Shown: positions 39,123 to 52,379 of the stretch, piece after piece
How positions within the stretch are numbered: position 1 is the first letter of the stretch
Layout of the letters: the number at the start of each line of letters is the position of its first letter
Made by a program: the position numbers and the translations under genes
Assembly (NCBI GenBank): GCA_951406725.2
Contig: OX597814.1
Coordinates: 8,370,001-8,434,000, forward strand
Direction of reading: 5' to 3'
Length of the DNA: 64,000 nucleotides
Source: Octopus vulgaris
Lineage: Eukaryota
The notes under the pieces: generated by a model
Databases searched by the model: none
Seen by the model: only the letters and a program-made list of their open reading frames with translations
What the model was told of the DNA's origin: nothing

Positions 39123-41804
39123 TATGATGGCCGTCCACTCGTGACCGAGGAAGACCATTGCTGACGTTCAGGGACATTGTGCGGTCAAGGATTAACTTAT
39201 ATTTTGCATTTGCAGCTATGTTGGTGGCTAATGAGCTCTGCTCTTGACAAGCATACACGACTGCAAACATTGCAGACCAAGCTCTCCCCATTCACCATTC
39301 CTCATTCATATATATATATATATATAAGCGGACGTTAAACGATGAGGATGATGATGATGATATATATATATATACGTGAAGGGCTTCTTTCAGTTTCCAT
39401 CTACCAAATTCACTCATGAGGCTTTGGTCAGTAGACACTCTTTCGTAGAAGACACTCTTTAAAGTATAGAGTTGAGCTCCATGTAGCCACCTGATGGCAA
39501 CTTTTCTCCCCCACCCATTTTGTAGGGGGTATTATTCATTTTTCTGGGCTCGTTTCACAGCTGTACCCTGTTCGAAATTTGGATTAGTTTTTGTATGAAA
39601 AGAAAAGGAACAGAGTGGGGCTTGATTGTAGTTTGTGGAGAAAACATTAAACATGCCTGAAAATAAAAACGTGGTCTTTCTCCCCAACTAAAAGACATGA
39701 AGAACTATGAAAGGAGGTGAATAAGTACTGGAGGTGGGAGGAAAGAAGAGAGAAGTAACAGTGGATTGTTCTAGAACTGCCAGAATGAAAGACTTTCCCT
39801 CTTCTTCATTGTTAAGAGTAAAGAAGCAAGGAAAGATCGATCGTATTCCAGTCTAATTGTCATTTTAAATGACTGAGGCTTTCCTTTCTCTGTCTCTCTC
39901 ACTTCATTCCTTTTCTCTACGGTTAAGAGAGTGAAGGTGCTTAGGTGCATTCGGCCCATGATCATAAAGTCATGAGAATGATTCCCTGCGGTGCACTGTG
40001 TTTTTGAGCAAGGTACTCTACTTCACTTTGCTGCAGTGTACTCAGCTTGCAAAAGTGAGTTGTCGCTGTAATTCAAAGGGGCCATCCCTGTAACATTCTG
40101 TGTGAGGCTGAATCTCCCTGAGATCTAACTTATGGTATGCATGTCTGTGGAGTATTCAGCCACTTGCACGTTAATTTTATGAGCAGACTGTTTCGTTGAT
40201 CAGATAAACAGGAACCTCATCATCATAACTAATGGAATACCATTTTTCAAAAAGAGTGAAAGAAAAGGAAATGCTCCAAATCGTAAGTCAAAAATGTCAT
40301 GTTTAGCATTATCAATGAAAGCTGAGACGAAATTATTGCTATTCTGTCGTGTATTCACCCTCGACTCACACTCAGTTTGATAACAACAGTCTGTGATCTG
40401 GGGGCTTTGCCTCCTGATCTGTGAGGCCCACAAATGCCACTGTTATGATTGGATTAACATCCATATTGATCCTAAAGATTAAAATGATTTTCCTGCCCCT
40501 ATATAAGATCTTTATTTATTTTCTTCCAATCACTTGAAGGTCTGTCTTGCTCCAGTTCACTCAGCTGGCCAAAATGAGTTCTAGCTGTGTGAGGCTGAAT
40601 TGCCCCCAGAACTACGTTAATAATATGCATGACTGTGGAGTACTCAGACACTTGCGAGTTAATTTTATCCTCGTGAGGTAATGAAAAGCGAAAGTGACAT
40701 CCAATATTTGCTGCAGTTATTTGCTTTGATTTAACTACGTGTCTATGTATCAACTTTTCTTGGGATCTATGTATCTACTGTTTCTATCACTTTCTCTCTT
40801 TCTCTTTCTCTCTCATTTCCTGTGTCCCTGTATGTGTGTATCAACTTTTCTTTCGATCTATGTATCTACTGTCTCTCATTCTCTCTCATTTCCCTCCTCT
40901 CTCCAGCTTTTAATTTAACAAAGTGTGTATGTATCTATGTATCAACTTTAAAAACACAATATGAATGCCATCACCACTCACTCTCTCTTTCTGAAACAGT
41001 TAAAAACACAAAATGAACACTGTTACCACTTACTGTTGCTTTCACTCAGTCTCTCTTTCTCTCTCACTCTCTCTCATACTTCCTCTCTATCACTCTTTTT
41101 TCCTCTTTGTCCTCCTCTCTCTCAATTTGCCACTCCATTGAAATCAGTGTGACACATGCCATGTACAAAAGCAAACAAAACTAAGCATATTAATGTTCTT
41201 GATACTGATAATATTATAGTTGCTCTCTTGGCATCTGATCTTAAATGAATGGGAAGTGTTATCATGTACATTGTTTTCTCTTGGTATGAAAAGATGGGCT
41301 ACAGTAAATATTCTGCTCAATACCACAGATTTGCTTGTAAGTGGTTCGACCTTAACTAGTTGAGCATGTCCTTTCGTGGTTGATGATATGTGCATCTCTG
41401 ATCATGAGCAGAAGTAGATGGGGAGCATCATAGCCATATGTTGAGAGGAATTCTTTGTGGTTTGGATAATTCACCTTTAGAAACAATGGATATTTTGTTC
41501 ATCATCCTTAAACAAACCTTATTCAGTAACCTTTTCAGTGGGATGGGCTACTCATCCTGAAGAAAATTCGAACTGGGCCCCACCTGAAAGGTCATGTGCT
41601 GTTTATCTAGATATGAGATCACCATGCTGCGCACATAAGGTTGTGATGTATGTACCTGCTGTATCCTTATCAGATGGGTGGCCATGATGAGTATATTGGG
41701 CTTCGTATATTTTACTCCAGTGTCACTTTGATGGCCACTCAGTGATAATAATAATAATGATGATGATGATGATGATGATAATAATAATAATAATAATAAT
41801 AATC

Positions 41805-42360
41805 CTTTCTAATTGTGAATGAATGCTCCCAAGTTGCCCCAAACCAATATGAGTTGTGGTGACATGATGAGGTTATAAAAGTGCTGCATTGGAAAGTATG
41901 AGGAAAGTTGGGGTTAGAGAGAAGCAAAACATGGTACAAACAGAAACCACAGAGTCAGAATCTTGTGGGATTTTTCAATGCAGAAAGGGCCAAGTGCTTG
42001 AGTACAACAAGCCAGGCCTGGTCGTTGTGGACAAGGTGAACCACATGTGCTCTATAACTGATGTTGCATACGCATTTGACCCACAATTAGTTAGGTAAAC
42101 AAGTAGACAATCCTCTTAAATGTGCTTGACCGTGAAAGATGGAGATAATACTAATTATTATTGGGGCCCTGGGGACAGTATCAGAAGATATTAAGAGGAA
42201 ATGAGGACAGAGCACCGAGTAGAGCTGTTACCAAAAGTCTGCCTCCTTGTCACAGCCATTATCATCAAGAAAATTTTCCATGGCTGAACAGAAGAGATAG
42301 CATGGTACCGTAGGCTGCGGATAGCAAGCCTACAGGAGTTCCAACAAAACCTGAATTAAA
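41805..42360 (+). mobile_element. Decayed R4/Dong-like 3' fragment (restriction-like endonuclease region)
   Basis: ILWDF, YNKPGLVVVDK, ITDVAYAFD and IIIGALGTV. Directly follows a (TAA)n tract. Confidence 0.55.
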
Positions 42361-42423
42361 ACAATGCTAATAACTGACTCTGATAGGTAGACTAGACAAA
42401 GAGAAGAGAAAAAAATGACTTAC

Positions 42424-42657
42424 CATTCGCCTCTTTAAAACTTACAATGTAAGTATCAGAGGTTTGTGGTTGAACTGAAGAAATATCTCCACCAGAACTT
42501 TTTTTTCTGTTTCCAAAATATCTTTGAAGACTCTCAGAGCTGACATTTGAAGAAACGTTTTTCACTTGAACACTGTTTATTTCCTTAATTCTTTCCACTT
42601 TCAGTTGATTTCCTTTTAAGGGGTTGTTTTGGCACATCCTCTGAACATACTCAAAAT
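42424..42657 (-). CDS. PARP14-like gene, coding exon 3 (234 nt, phase 1-1; further RRM-like repeat)
   Basis: Acceptor ttgcAG and donor GTAAGT. DFEYVQRMCQNNPLKG...VQVKNVSSNVSSESLQRYFGNRKKSSGGDISSV...YIVSFKEAN repeats the exon-1 motif. Confidence 0.82.
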
Positions 42658-42821
42658 CTGCAATAAATACAATGAATGGAAATACATTTTGGTAAAAGAA
42701 TCAAATTGAAGTCAATTTACTGATGTTTTAACACATTTTAGATTGAAATGATTTTGAGAATTCTTCAAATTTGGAGATTTTAGCATTAAAATGCAGTTCC
42801 AATTATTTAATAACTCCATAT

Positions 42822-43250
42822 AGGCACAGGTGTGGCTGTGTGGTAAGATGGTTGCTTCCCAGCCATATGGTTTTGGGTTCAGTCCCACTGTATAGCACTT
42901 GGAACAAATGTATTCTACTATAGCCTTGGGTTAACCAAAGCCTTATGAGTGGATTTGGTAGACGAAGACTGAAAGAAGCCATCTGTCTGTCTGTCCGTCT
43001 GTATGTTACTGTCTCCTTGCTTGTTGTAAACGAGTGTCCCTGTTATACAAGCAGTGTCCTTCATTTCCAATCTTCCTTAAAACATGTCTGGTCACTGGGA
43101 AACATTACCTTACTTGGAAATAGGTGAGGGTTGGCAACATGAAGGGCATCCAGCTGCAGAAAATCCAACTCATCATCAAATTTTGTCCAACCCATGCAAG
43201 CATGGAAAAGCGGACGTTAAAACAGTGATGATGATCATGATGATGGTGAT
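42822..43250 (+). mobile_element. tRNA-derived SINE with RTE-type 3' tail
   Basis: ggcacaggtgtggctgtgtggtaaga (A-box-like) and gggttcagtccc (B-box-like). Ends gcatggaaaagcggacgttaaaacagtgatgatgat. Confidence 0.75.
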
Positions 43251-44944
43251 GGAGTCAAGAGAGAAAGAAACAGTGAGAGTGAGAGAGAAAAAGAGAGAGA
43301 AGGCTTGTCCAAAAGGAAGTAACCAGGAAGTAGTAGAATGGATAGAGGGGGGCGGGTCTGCTTTGGCATGGTTTTTACATTTGGATGCCATTCCTAATGC
43401 CAACCACTTTACAGAGAGGGCTAGGGGTATTTTAAGGGGCACCTGCACTGGTAAGGTCTCCTCTCATATGGTTTTTATAGCAGGATGCCCCTCCTAATGC
43501 CAACCGTTATACAGAGCGGACTGGATGCTTTATACATGGCACCAGACCCAGCAAGGTCACCAAGTAACTTGCAAAACAAAGATCCTTTGAGAGGAGGGGC
43601 TGTGGTATTGAAGGAGGTGGCTTTGTGGTGTGAGGTGATGTGTAGATAAAGTATGACTGAAGGATGGAAACAGGTGTCTTGCTGTAGTGGAGTTTTGTAT
43701 CCTTGTGTGTTGGATAAATAATTCAACGAAGGACAGAAGAAAGAAACATGAGGTTAAGCACTCTCTGCCAAATGGCTCACAGTCAACTGCTTGCCAACCA
43801 ATCAACCGCTGACACTTGGACAGTTCTCCATTTTATAGCAATGTGCTAATCCACTTTCATTCACTTGGGTGGGGGTGGGAAGCATTCCACGACATGGAGA
43901 GACATGGTTACCCGAGTCAGAGGGAAAGAGCAAGAGAGAGAGAGAGACGGTGGTAATGTGCCAGGGTATACTCTTAAAGTATGAGGATGGGAATGTAAAT
44001 GGGATAGTATTGGATTTCCCAGGGTGCATGAATAGGGGGTTCATGTGAATGCCAGCAGGAGAGGAAGGACAGGATTGCAGGAGAAGAGAGGGAGAGGTAA
44101 GCATAGTGCATGAGGAAGAGGAGCAGAGATGTAGTTTTGGTCTATTGAGGTAGGGTGTGATGAATGATTTAATGTTAGATAGGGGTGGAAGACACAGCAG
44201 TGGGGTTGGCAGGTCTTCTCGAGAACCTTCTATTACCAGACATCTCAATCCATTGTCATCTTGAGATTGGCTCTCTCTTCCACACCTGCCATCCCCTTTA
44301 AGCAATCAACACTTCTATATACAGCTATTTCCATTCATACACATCACATGTCCAAACCAATGCAATCTTGTCTCTTGCATGCAGCAATTCATTCCGCTTA
44401 CGACAAACTTTTCTCTCAGCACATTTCCACTTTGTCATACATGCACACTGACGTTACATATCCATCGGAGCATACTGCTCCCGTTCCTCTCTAGTCTAAG
44501 CATGTCTTAAGTGACCACTTGGCAAATAACTATAAAGAAGGGAAACAGAATCAGAGCATGTGTTTATCATTGGCACAATGACCCTCCCAAGACACACAAA
44601 ATATATTTTGTTTTAGAATTAAACTATATATTTGTTTTATTATTCAGTAATATGCATTTACATGGTAAAGACTCAGTTTTCTTTTTGTTTTAGTTAGAAA
44701 TTTGTAACAAGTTCCCTCTATCAATCAAACAAAGATGGTAAAATATTCCATTTACTTTCCCTCTTTCCAATGTTTAGAAACTGAAGGAACGGTCAAATAC
44801 TGGAATCAGTTTCACTGATAAAACATCATCTCTAATATTTCTGATTTCCTGCCTGATAACCATCATTCCTGACAAATTTCTTCCTTTCCTGATAAATGTG
44901 AGAAGCCAAAAGGCAAAATCTGGGAAGAAATAAAAGATATAAAT

Positions 44945-45290
44945 AGGTGCAGACAAGGCTGTGTGCTAAGAAGTCTGCTTCCCAACCACATGGTTCTGGG
45001 TTCAGTCCCACTGCATGGCACCTTGGGTGAGAATCTTCTACTGTAGCCTCAGTGGATTTGGTAGATGGAAACTGACAGAAGCCCAGTATGTGTGTGTTTG
45101 CATCTGTTTGTTATCCGCCACTATTTGATGACTGGTATCAGTGTGTTTATGTTCCTGTAACTTAACAGATCAGCAAAATGAAGTGATAAAAGTAAGAACT
45201 ACTGGGGTTAATTCATTTGACACAAAAGATCTTCAAGGTGGTGCCCCAGCATGGCCACAGTCTAATTATTGAAGCAAAACATAAAACATA
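44945..45290 (+). mobile_element. tRNA-derived SINE with CR1-like 3' tail
   Basis: Same head as 42822. Ends ggtggtgccccagcatggccacagtc, matching the LINE 3' end at 31561-31590. Confidence 0.7.
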
Positions 45291-45624
45291 TACAAATCCT
45301 ATTGCTTCCCAGCCACATGGTTCCGGGTTCAGTCCCACTGCATGGCATCTTGTGCAAGTATCTTCTGCTATAGCCTCAGGCCAACCAAAGCCTTGTGAGT
45401 GGATTTGGTATACAGAAACTGAAAGAAGCCCATTATGTATATACATACATACATACCTACCTACCTACATACATACATACATACATATGTGTATCTGTAA
45501 ATATAACATGTGACAATTATTACTTAGCGGTCATTCTAATAGCTCTTTTGTCTTAATAACGGTCAATCATACAGTAATTTCACTTTGTTTAACGGTCATT
45601 TTCAAAGCATTTTTTCGATGGCCC

Positions 45625-45685
45625 GATAACTGAAGAGATGCCGGCTTGGGTTTCTGCCCCAACATCTGAAACTCAGAGTTTTATC
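45625..45685 (+). ncRNA. Type I hammerhead-like motif, PLE type
   Basis: gataa-CTGAAGA-gatg...catc-t-GAA-actcagagt-T-ttatc. Stem I gataa/ttatc, stem II gatg/catc with an internal ttggg/cccaa hairpin, near-palindromic stem III. Confidence 0.6.
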
Positions 45686-46159
45686 ATGGCTACCAAATAA
45701 TTCACACATAAATACCTCTATTTACATAATATCAAGGTCTCTTTCATTCTTTTGTTGTCTTACCATTTCTATCAATATGTATATGTTGGAATCATTATAA
45801 ACTAGCGAATGCATAACAGGACTCCCACTCGCTTCCTAACCCCTACCGAAGAATAACGGATCGCTCATGAATGGATAGAGATAAGAATATTCTTCTTTCA
45901 ACCTCGTTTCATCTACTTACTATTCTTGCACAAATCATTATTCTGTCTAGTTCAGTAAGATGCCATCATGTAAATATACTTTTCGATAGTCTTGTCTTCC
46001 TTGTTGTTCCCTAAGATAACCTTATATTCATTGATTCACTCAACTATTAAAGCCTTATCACACAGCCACTTCTCTATTCCCTAAAATTTGCCACTCTCAG
46101 ATTTTTCAAACCTACTTTTTTGGTCTCTCATTAAACCACGATTAGCAGACCCTCTTCCT

Positions 46160-49100
46160 AGTTAGAGGTGCGCCCGCCCTCCCTACCACCCCTACACCTA
46201 TGCCGGAAGTTCCTTCCACCCCCTACACCTGTGCCAGAAGTTGCTCCCACCCCCTACAACTGCGCAGGAAGTTCCTCCCACCCCCTCCATCCTTTGTTCC
46301 TATCCTTTGCTATCTTTGGGTTTCTTCCCATGAACACTGCAAAAGGCATTTCGCCATCCCCACCCCCAGTCTCGGTCTATCTCCTATGTAAAGTAATGTT
46401 CATATAGTGTAAAATATGAAAGGGTAGTGTTATGCAGGTTGAACTGAAGGCTACTGTATTGCTTGCCCATGAATACTGCCAAATGCGAGTTTTCTTTTCA
46501 GGTACATGAAGCTACTGTCCCCCGCCCCAGGGTCTCATAGGCCCACACCTCCCACACCCTCAGGGTTCGCACTCTCAACGTTGGCACACTGAAAGGTAGG
46601 TCTAGTGAGATTGTTGAGATGGTTGAACGGAGATGTGTCGATATGTGCTGCATTCATGAAGTGGAGAGGAGGTTCTGCTAGGTTCCTCACAGGCAAAGAA
46701 CACAGGTACAATATTTTCTGGGCTGGGAACACTGACAGGGTCGGGGGCGTGGGTATACTTCTCACTGAAAAATGAGTAGATAAGGTAATTGAGGTAATCA
46801 GAGTATGCGACAGAATACTTAAGATTAGATTAGTGCTTCACCATGGATTAGCAACCATTATATTGGGCTATGCCCTTCAACCGAGGCTACCCGATGGACA
46901 GAAATACAGATTCTATGACACCCTACTGCAGACTACCTTGTTGACGAACGACAGGGACCTTCTCTTTGTGGCTGGTGACTTCAATGGACATGTTGGACAA
47001 CATACAGAGGTCTTCTGTGGCATACATGGAGGCTACGGTTATGGTTCCCACAAAAGAGGAGGGAACCAAGCTGCTGGAGTTCTGCAATGCAAATGATCTT
47101 ATGGTTTGCAACACTAACTTCAGGAAACCTACCAGTCAACTACCGATCGGGCAGACATACTAGCCAAATTGACTACATTCTTGCCAGGAAAAGGGAAAGA
47201 TGGCTGCTTATAAATGCCAAAACCTTCCCAAGTGAAGAATGTACCCCACAACATAGACTGGTACCTAGTGAATTTAGGATCAAGACTAAGTGGATGCCTA
47301 GAAGACAACCAAATTGGAGAAGAAGGGTCTGGAAGATATAAGATCCTGTGAATGGACAGAGATTTAGAGACATATTACTCGAAGCCTTTGACGAAATAGA
47401 AGGAGATATAGCTTCACATGGTGTAGAAGACAACTGGAGGTTTCTACGGGACAACATGCTGAGAGCCACTGACCAGATCCGTGGATGGTGCAAAGTCCCC
47501 TCTCGACTCAAAATAACGTGGTGGCGGAACAATGTTGTAAACAGGACTATATGAGAAAAGAGACAAGCTTGGAAGGACTGGAAGAACGGTGGAAGCAGGG
47601 AACTGTATCAGACTTCCAAAAGGGAAGCTAGGAGGCAGGTGTATTTAGCCAGAGGGGAAGCAGATAAGAAAAAATTTGCCAATGTTCTACACCGTGAGGA
47701 TCAAAGACTTGAGGTATTTCGTGTTGCAAGACAGTGTGTGAGAGAGAATCATGATGTGGTAGGAGAGAAATATGTTCGCATGGATGATGGTTCTCTTGCA
47801 CTAAACGAGGCTGCAAAGAGAGAGATTTGTAGATGCCACTATCAAAGGTTGCTGAATAAAGAAAATAAATGGGAGAAAGAGAGTCTGCTGATTGTCGACC
47901 CAACAAAGGGACCAGCTATCGGAGTTGACAGTACCTTGGTAGTTTAAGCAATTAAGAGTATGAAGACAGGGAAAGCCCCCGACCCATCAGGAATTACTGC
48001 AGAGATGCTCAAAATATCTGGCAGGGTCAGCTATAGCCTAGTCACCCATATAGTTAACCAGGTGATATATGAAGGAGTCATACCCAATGACTGGTGTAGC
48101 AGCATAATAGTCAACTGCTACAAAGGTAAAGGTGACACTTTAGATACAAATAATTACAGAGATATGAAGCTCTTGGATCAGGTAATGGAGGTCACTGAGA
48201 GGGTCATAGCCCAACTAATAGGGGAAAGAGTCAGTTTGGATGAGATGTAGTTTGGTTTCGTGCCAGGGAAAAGCACCACTTATGCTATATTTCTGGTGAG
48301 ACAGCTGCTGGAGAAATACATAGCCAAAGATAAGCCTGTACCTGGCTTTCACTGACATGGAGAAAGCCTTTGACAGGGCCCCCCGATCCCTTATCTGGTG
48401 GTCAATGAGGAAACTAGGGATAGATGAATGGTTAGTGAGAGCCATGCAAGCCACGTACAGGGACGCTGTCAGTAAGGTGAGGGTTGGCAATGAGCAAAGT
48501 GAGGAATTCCGGGTAGAGGTAGGGGTCCACCAATGTTCAGTCCTCAACCCCCTGCTATTTATCATAGTCCTCCAGGCAATAATGGAGGAATTCAAGACAG
48601 GATGCTCCTGGGAGCTCCTCTATGCTGATGACCTTGCTCTAATTGCTGAGTCACTAACAGAACTAGAGAAGTTTCAAGTGTGGAAACAAGGATTAGAATG
48701 GAAGGGCCTTAGAGTCAACCTAGCTAAAAACCAATTCCTAATAAGTAGGAAGGCAGACAAACTACAAATCCCTTCAGGTAGGTGGCCCTGTTCTTTCTGT
48801 AGAAAAGGCGTAGGTAGAAACCCTATAAGATGTACCCAGTGTAAGCTATGGACACATAACAGGTGCAGCAATATCAACTGAAGGCTAAATGGGAGGATAG
48901 TTTTTGTATGTGGCAGATGCTTGGGCACTATAAAAAACACTGAAAATGTCCAGAGAACAACTTCCGCCACATTCCAGGATGAAAAACTAGAAGTAGTTAA
49001 TAGCTTCTGTTACCTAGGTGACCAAGTCAGTAATGGAGGAGGGTGCACTGAATGTGTAGCTGCTAGAATAAGAATAGCCAGGGCTAAGTTCAGAGAGCTC

Positions 49101-49350
49101 TTACCTCTGCTGGTGACAAAGGGCCTTTCGCTCAGAGTAAAAGGTAGACAGTACGACGCATGTGTAAGAACAGCCATGCTACATGGCAGTGAAACATGGG
49201 CCGTGACTGCTGAGGATATGCGTAAGCTTGCAAGGAATGAAGCCAGCATGTTCCGATGGATGTGTAATGTCAGTGTGCATACTCGACAGTGTTAGTGCCC
49301 TGAGAGAGCATTGAAAGTGGACGTTAAATGATGCTGATGATGATGATGAT
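46160..49350 (+). mobile_element. Near full-length RTE-clade LINE (APE endonuclease plus RT with inserted PHD-like finger), defective
   Basis: TLNVGTL, VAGDFNGHVG, SQIDYIL, KAPDPSGI, MEKAFD and LLYADDL, then WPCSFCRKGVGRNPIRCTQCKLWTHNRCS...VCGRC, FCYLG and LHGSETW. ~30-bp tandem repeats at 46185-46290. (GAT)n tail. Confidence 0.88.
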
Positions 49351-49616
49351 ATATATGCATGTATATATATCTAGGTATGTTTTCTGTCTGTGTTTGCACA
49401 GCCACATCACCTGACAACTGATGTTGGTGTGTTTATGTCCCCAAAACTTAGCAGATCAACAAAAGAGACCAATAGAATAAGTACAAAGATTTCTTTGACT
49501 AATGGTAGTGCTCCAGCATGGCCATAGTCAGATGATTGAAAGATGTAAAAGAAAAAAAGAATAATAGAAAATTCAAGAAATCTTTTTCGGAACAAATCAA
49601 ACTTGAAGAAACTTAC

Positions 49617-49853
49617 CAATTTCACTTTGGCAATACACAAGAAAAGTTCCAGGTTTTCTTCCAGGGAAGACATGTACAATTTCTAATTTCCTGTTCTCTT
49701 CCAAAAAATCAGTTAACATTTTTTCCGACATGTCTTTGGGGCCATTTGACACAATCATTGCATCTTCTTGCCAGACTAGATTTTTATACCAGTCCACTTG
49801 AAGTTTATGTTTGCTTACATTATGGACCTTCTTTTTGACAACATTTTCTGCAT
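49617..49853 (-). CDS. PARP14-like gene, coding exon 2 (237 nt, phase 1-1)
   Basis: Acceptor ttttcAG and donor GTAAGT. Open frame DAENVVKKKVHNVSKHKLQVDWYKNLVWQEDAMIVSNGP...FLVYCQSEI joins both neighbours in frame. Confidence 0.8.
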
Positions 49854-51780
49854 CTGAAAATCAAAACAGTAGAAGAAATTGAGAAAATGTCATTATTAAT
49901 GAGTGGAGGGCATGGTTGTGTTAATGTAGAACCAGGTCAAAGACATTCTGACCATAAACACCCACAAGTGTCCTTCCTTGTTTAAGATGTTAGGTGGTAC
50001 ATGAAGAAGATTTAACTGCCTTTTCTAGCAGATCAAGTTGTTACTTAGAAGCCTCATTGTTTGCTCTATAGACGAGAGGATTATGAGGTTCCCTGTACAA
50101 TTAATTGGTTCTAGTTCAATCCCACTGTCCAACAGCACCTTGAGCAAGTATCTCCTACCACAGCCTCAAGATGACCAGAGCCTTGTGACTGATATCTGGA
50201 AGAGAGAAGCTGGGGACATCATAGGATTTGTGTGTATGGGGCGGTGAGGTATTGCCAAAAGGCAATACTTGGAGGAGGCAGTACTCAATGAAAAACTTTA
50301 TAACTAGCAGACCATTATGCAAATAGAGAAAGATTCTTCGGATTTGAGGTGACCTGTTGTCATTAAACATCAAGGCAACATCCCTGCTGATTAATATAGA
50401 ATGCAATAATTATGATGATGATGATGATTTCTTTTATTTGCCACAAGTGAGGGGCATTACCCGGACATTTTACAATCTGTGTGTGTGTGGGGGGGTCACA
50501 TAAAGGATGAAGGGAAAGAAAGCACCAATCAATGAACCCCACAGATCCAGGATCACCCTGACCATGAAGGGCACGAGTCCTCACTCCTCTGTTGCCCTCC
50601 ACTCACCAGGTGCATGCCTAAAGGAGCTTCATTCACCCTAATCATTCTTACCAGTCAGCCACCTTCCCTCTCCACCCTCAATTTCTTTCCCAAATGGAAC
50701 TTTAAAAAAAAAAGGGATCTGGGTTTAACTGAAGTGGAAGGTGTCTTTCCTTAATTTTTTTCGGCCTCGTCCACCACACAAGCCCTTTCTCTAGGGAGAG
50801 AAACATCATCTGCCCTGCTTTGTTAAAGGTCAGTGATGGGGCAATCCTCAGAACAGACTCAACTCATAGCCAGATCTTTCCTACATGTGCCAACAGCTGT
50901 TCAACATGACTCTGCAGATCAGAAATGCTTGGACACTGTACGAGGTCATCTCAGCCAGTCCCATCCATAGAGTTTATGCCAGCGCTGCTCCTCGGTAGCC
51001 AGACCAAGAATTTCTGGAAACTACCTGTGCTAATTCCTGGCCTGAATGTCCTCCAAAGCAGACCAGATGCTTCATACTGGTCAACACCTAATGTTTTCCT
51101 GAGAATGTCATTGCTCTTTCCCGCCAATAGATTTCTATATATTGCTAACATAGAACTTCCATGACCATAATAATTGATTGGCAGTGAATGCCAGATGACA
51201 TTCCAGATGCCATGACTCTAATCCTGGTCTTTTTTTTCTTGATCCCAGACTGCAGCTTCCATCCATCCCCCCACTTTTTCATGCTAGCATAAGTTAGACG
51301 GAGACTTTAATTTACAAAGGATTTCACAGAACAATATTCGGAGAGAGGGAACATGTGTTTCTCTATGCATATTTCATGCCTCCATTTACTGTATCCTAGT
51401 TTGGTAGACTCACTTCTGCCATAACATTCCATTGTGGCCCTTTTGTCATTCTGAGATCATCTTCTTCTCAACTTTGCAGAAGTATTCGAATAAACGACCA
51501 AGCCCACCTGGATGTACAGTAGGTCGCAAAAGGCTTTTACTCGGGGATTCAGTGTTGTGATGATAATTTTTATTTGGCATTTCACTCATAAAGAGGACTG
51601 TGGTGTTACAACCAAAAGCAACCATCTCTAAGGCAAAAGAGACCTACTTCCCATTGTCGTAGACCTAACCCAATAAAGGGGTCCTCTCTATCTTCTCTGG
51701 TCTCGGCAGGTACACATTATCATTACTGCTACTATCATAGTGTACAACGATATGACAATAACAAGGCTGTCTTCAGCAGC

Positions 51781-51836
<56 letters not shown>

Positions 51837-52379
51837 AATACTGTCTGGATGGTCATTGATTCAAACTGAGACCCTCCACCATTTGCCTGGTTTCGGTTTT
51901 TGTCCTGCAGGGTGATCAAATACAAAGAAAAACATTCATCTCACAAAGTATCCACTGTGAGGTTGCTGGGTTTGTCCCTGATGGCCTGTCCTTCATGGAT
52001 ATTGACCAATTTCTGGCCTGCCACCATGGCTGCACTGGTGGTGGTGGTGGTGGAGACACAAATGAACAATGCTGAGAGCAATGAGGGGAAGAACAAAAAA
52101 ATATGTTTAAGGAAAAAAGCAGGGGGTTCATAAGGTGACCCGAGTACTGCTGACACTGATGAAGTGGAGGGGACTGGATGATTATATTGGGGGTCAGGGT
52201 CAAGTGGTGAACTCTGATACATCCACCATACAGAGGGCATGCCAAGAAATTTCAATACTGTTATCATCATTATTATTATTATTATTACTATTAAGACAAG
52301 ACAAAGAGCACGATGCAATAGCCATAGATATTTTATTGGTTGAATGATATTTCGACAGTAAGTCTATACTTGTTGAGTT

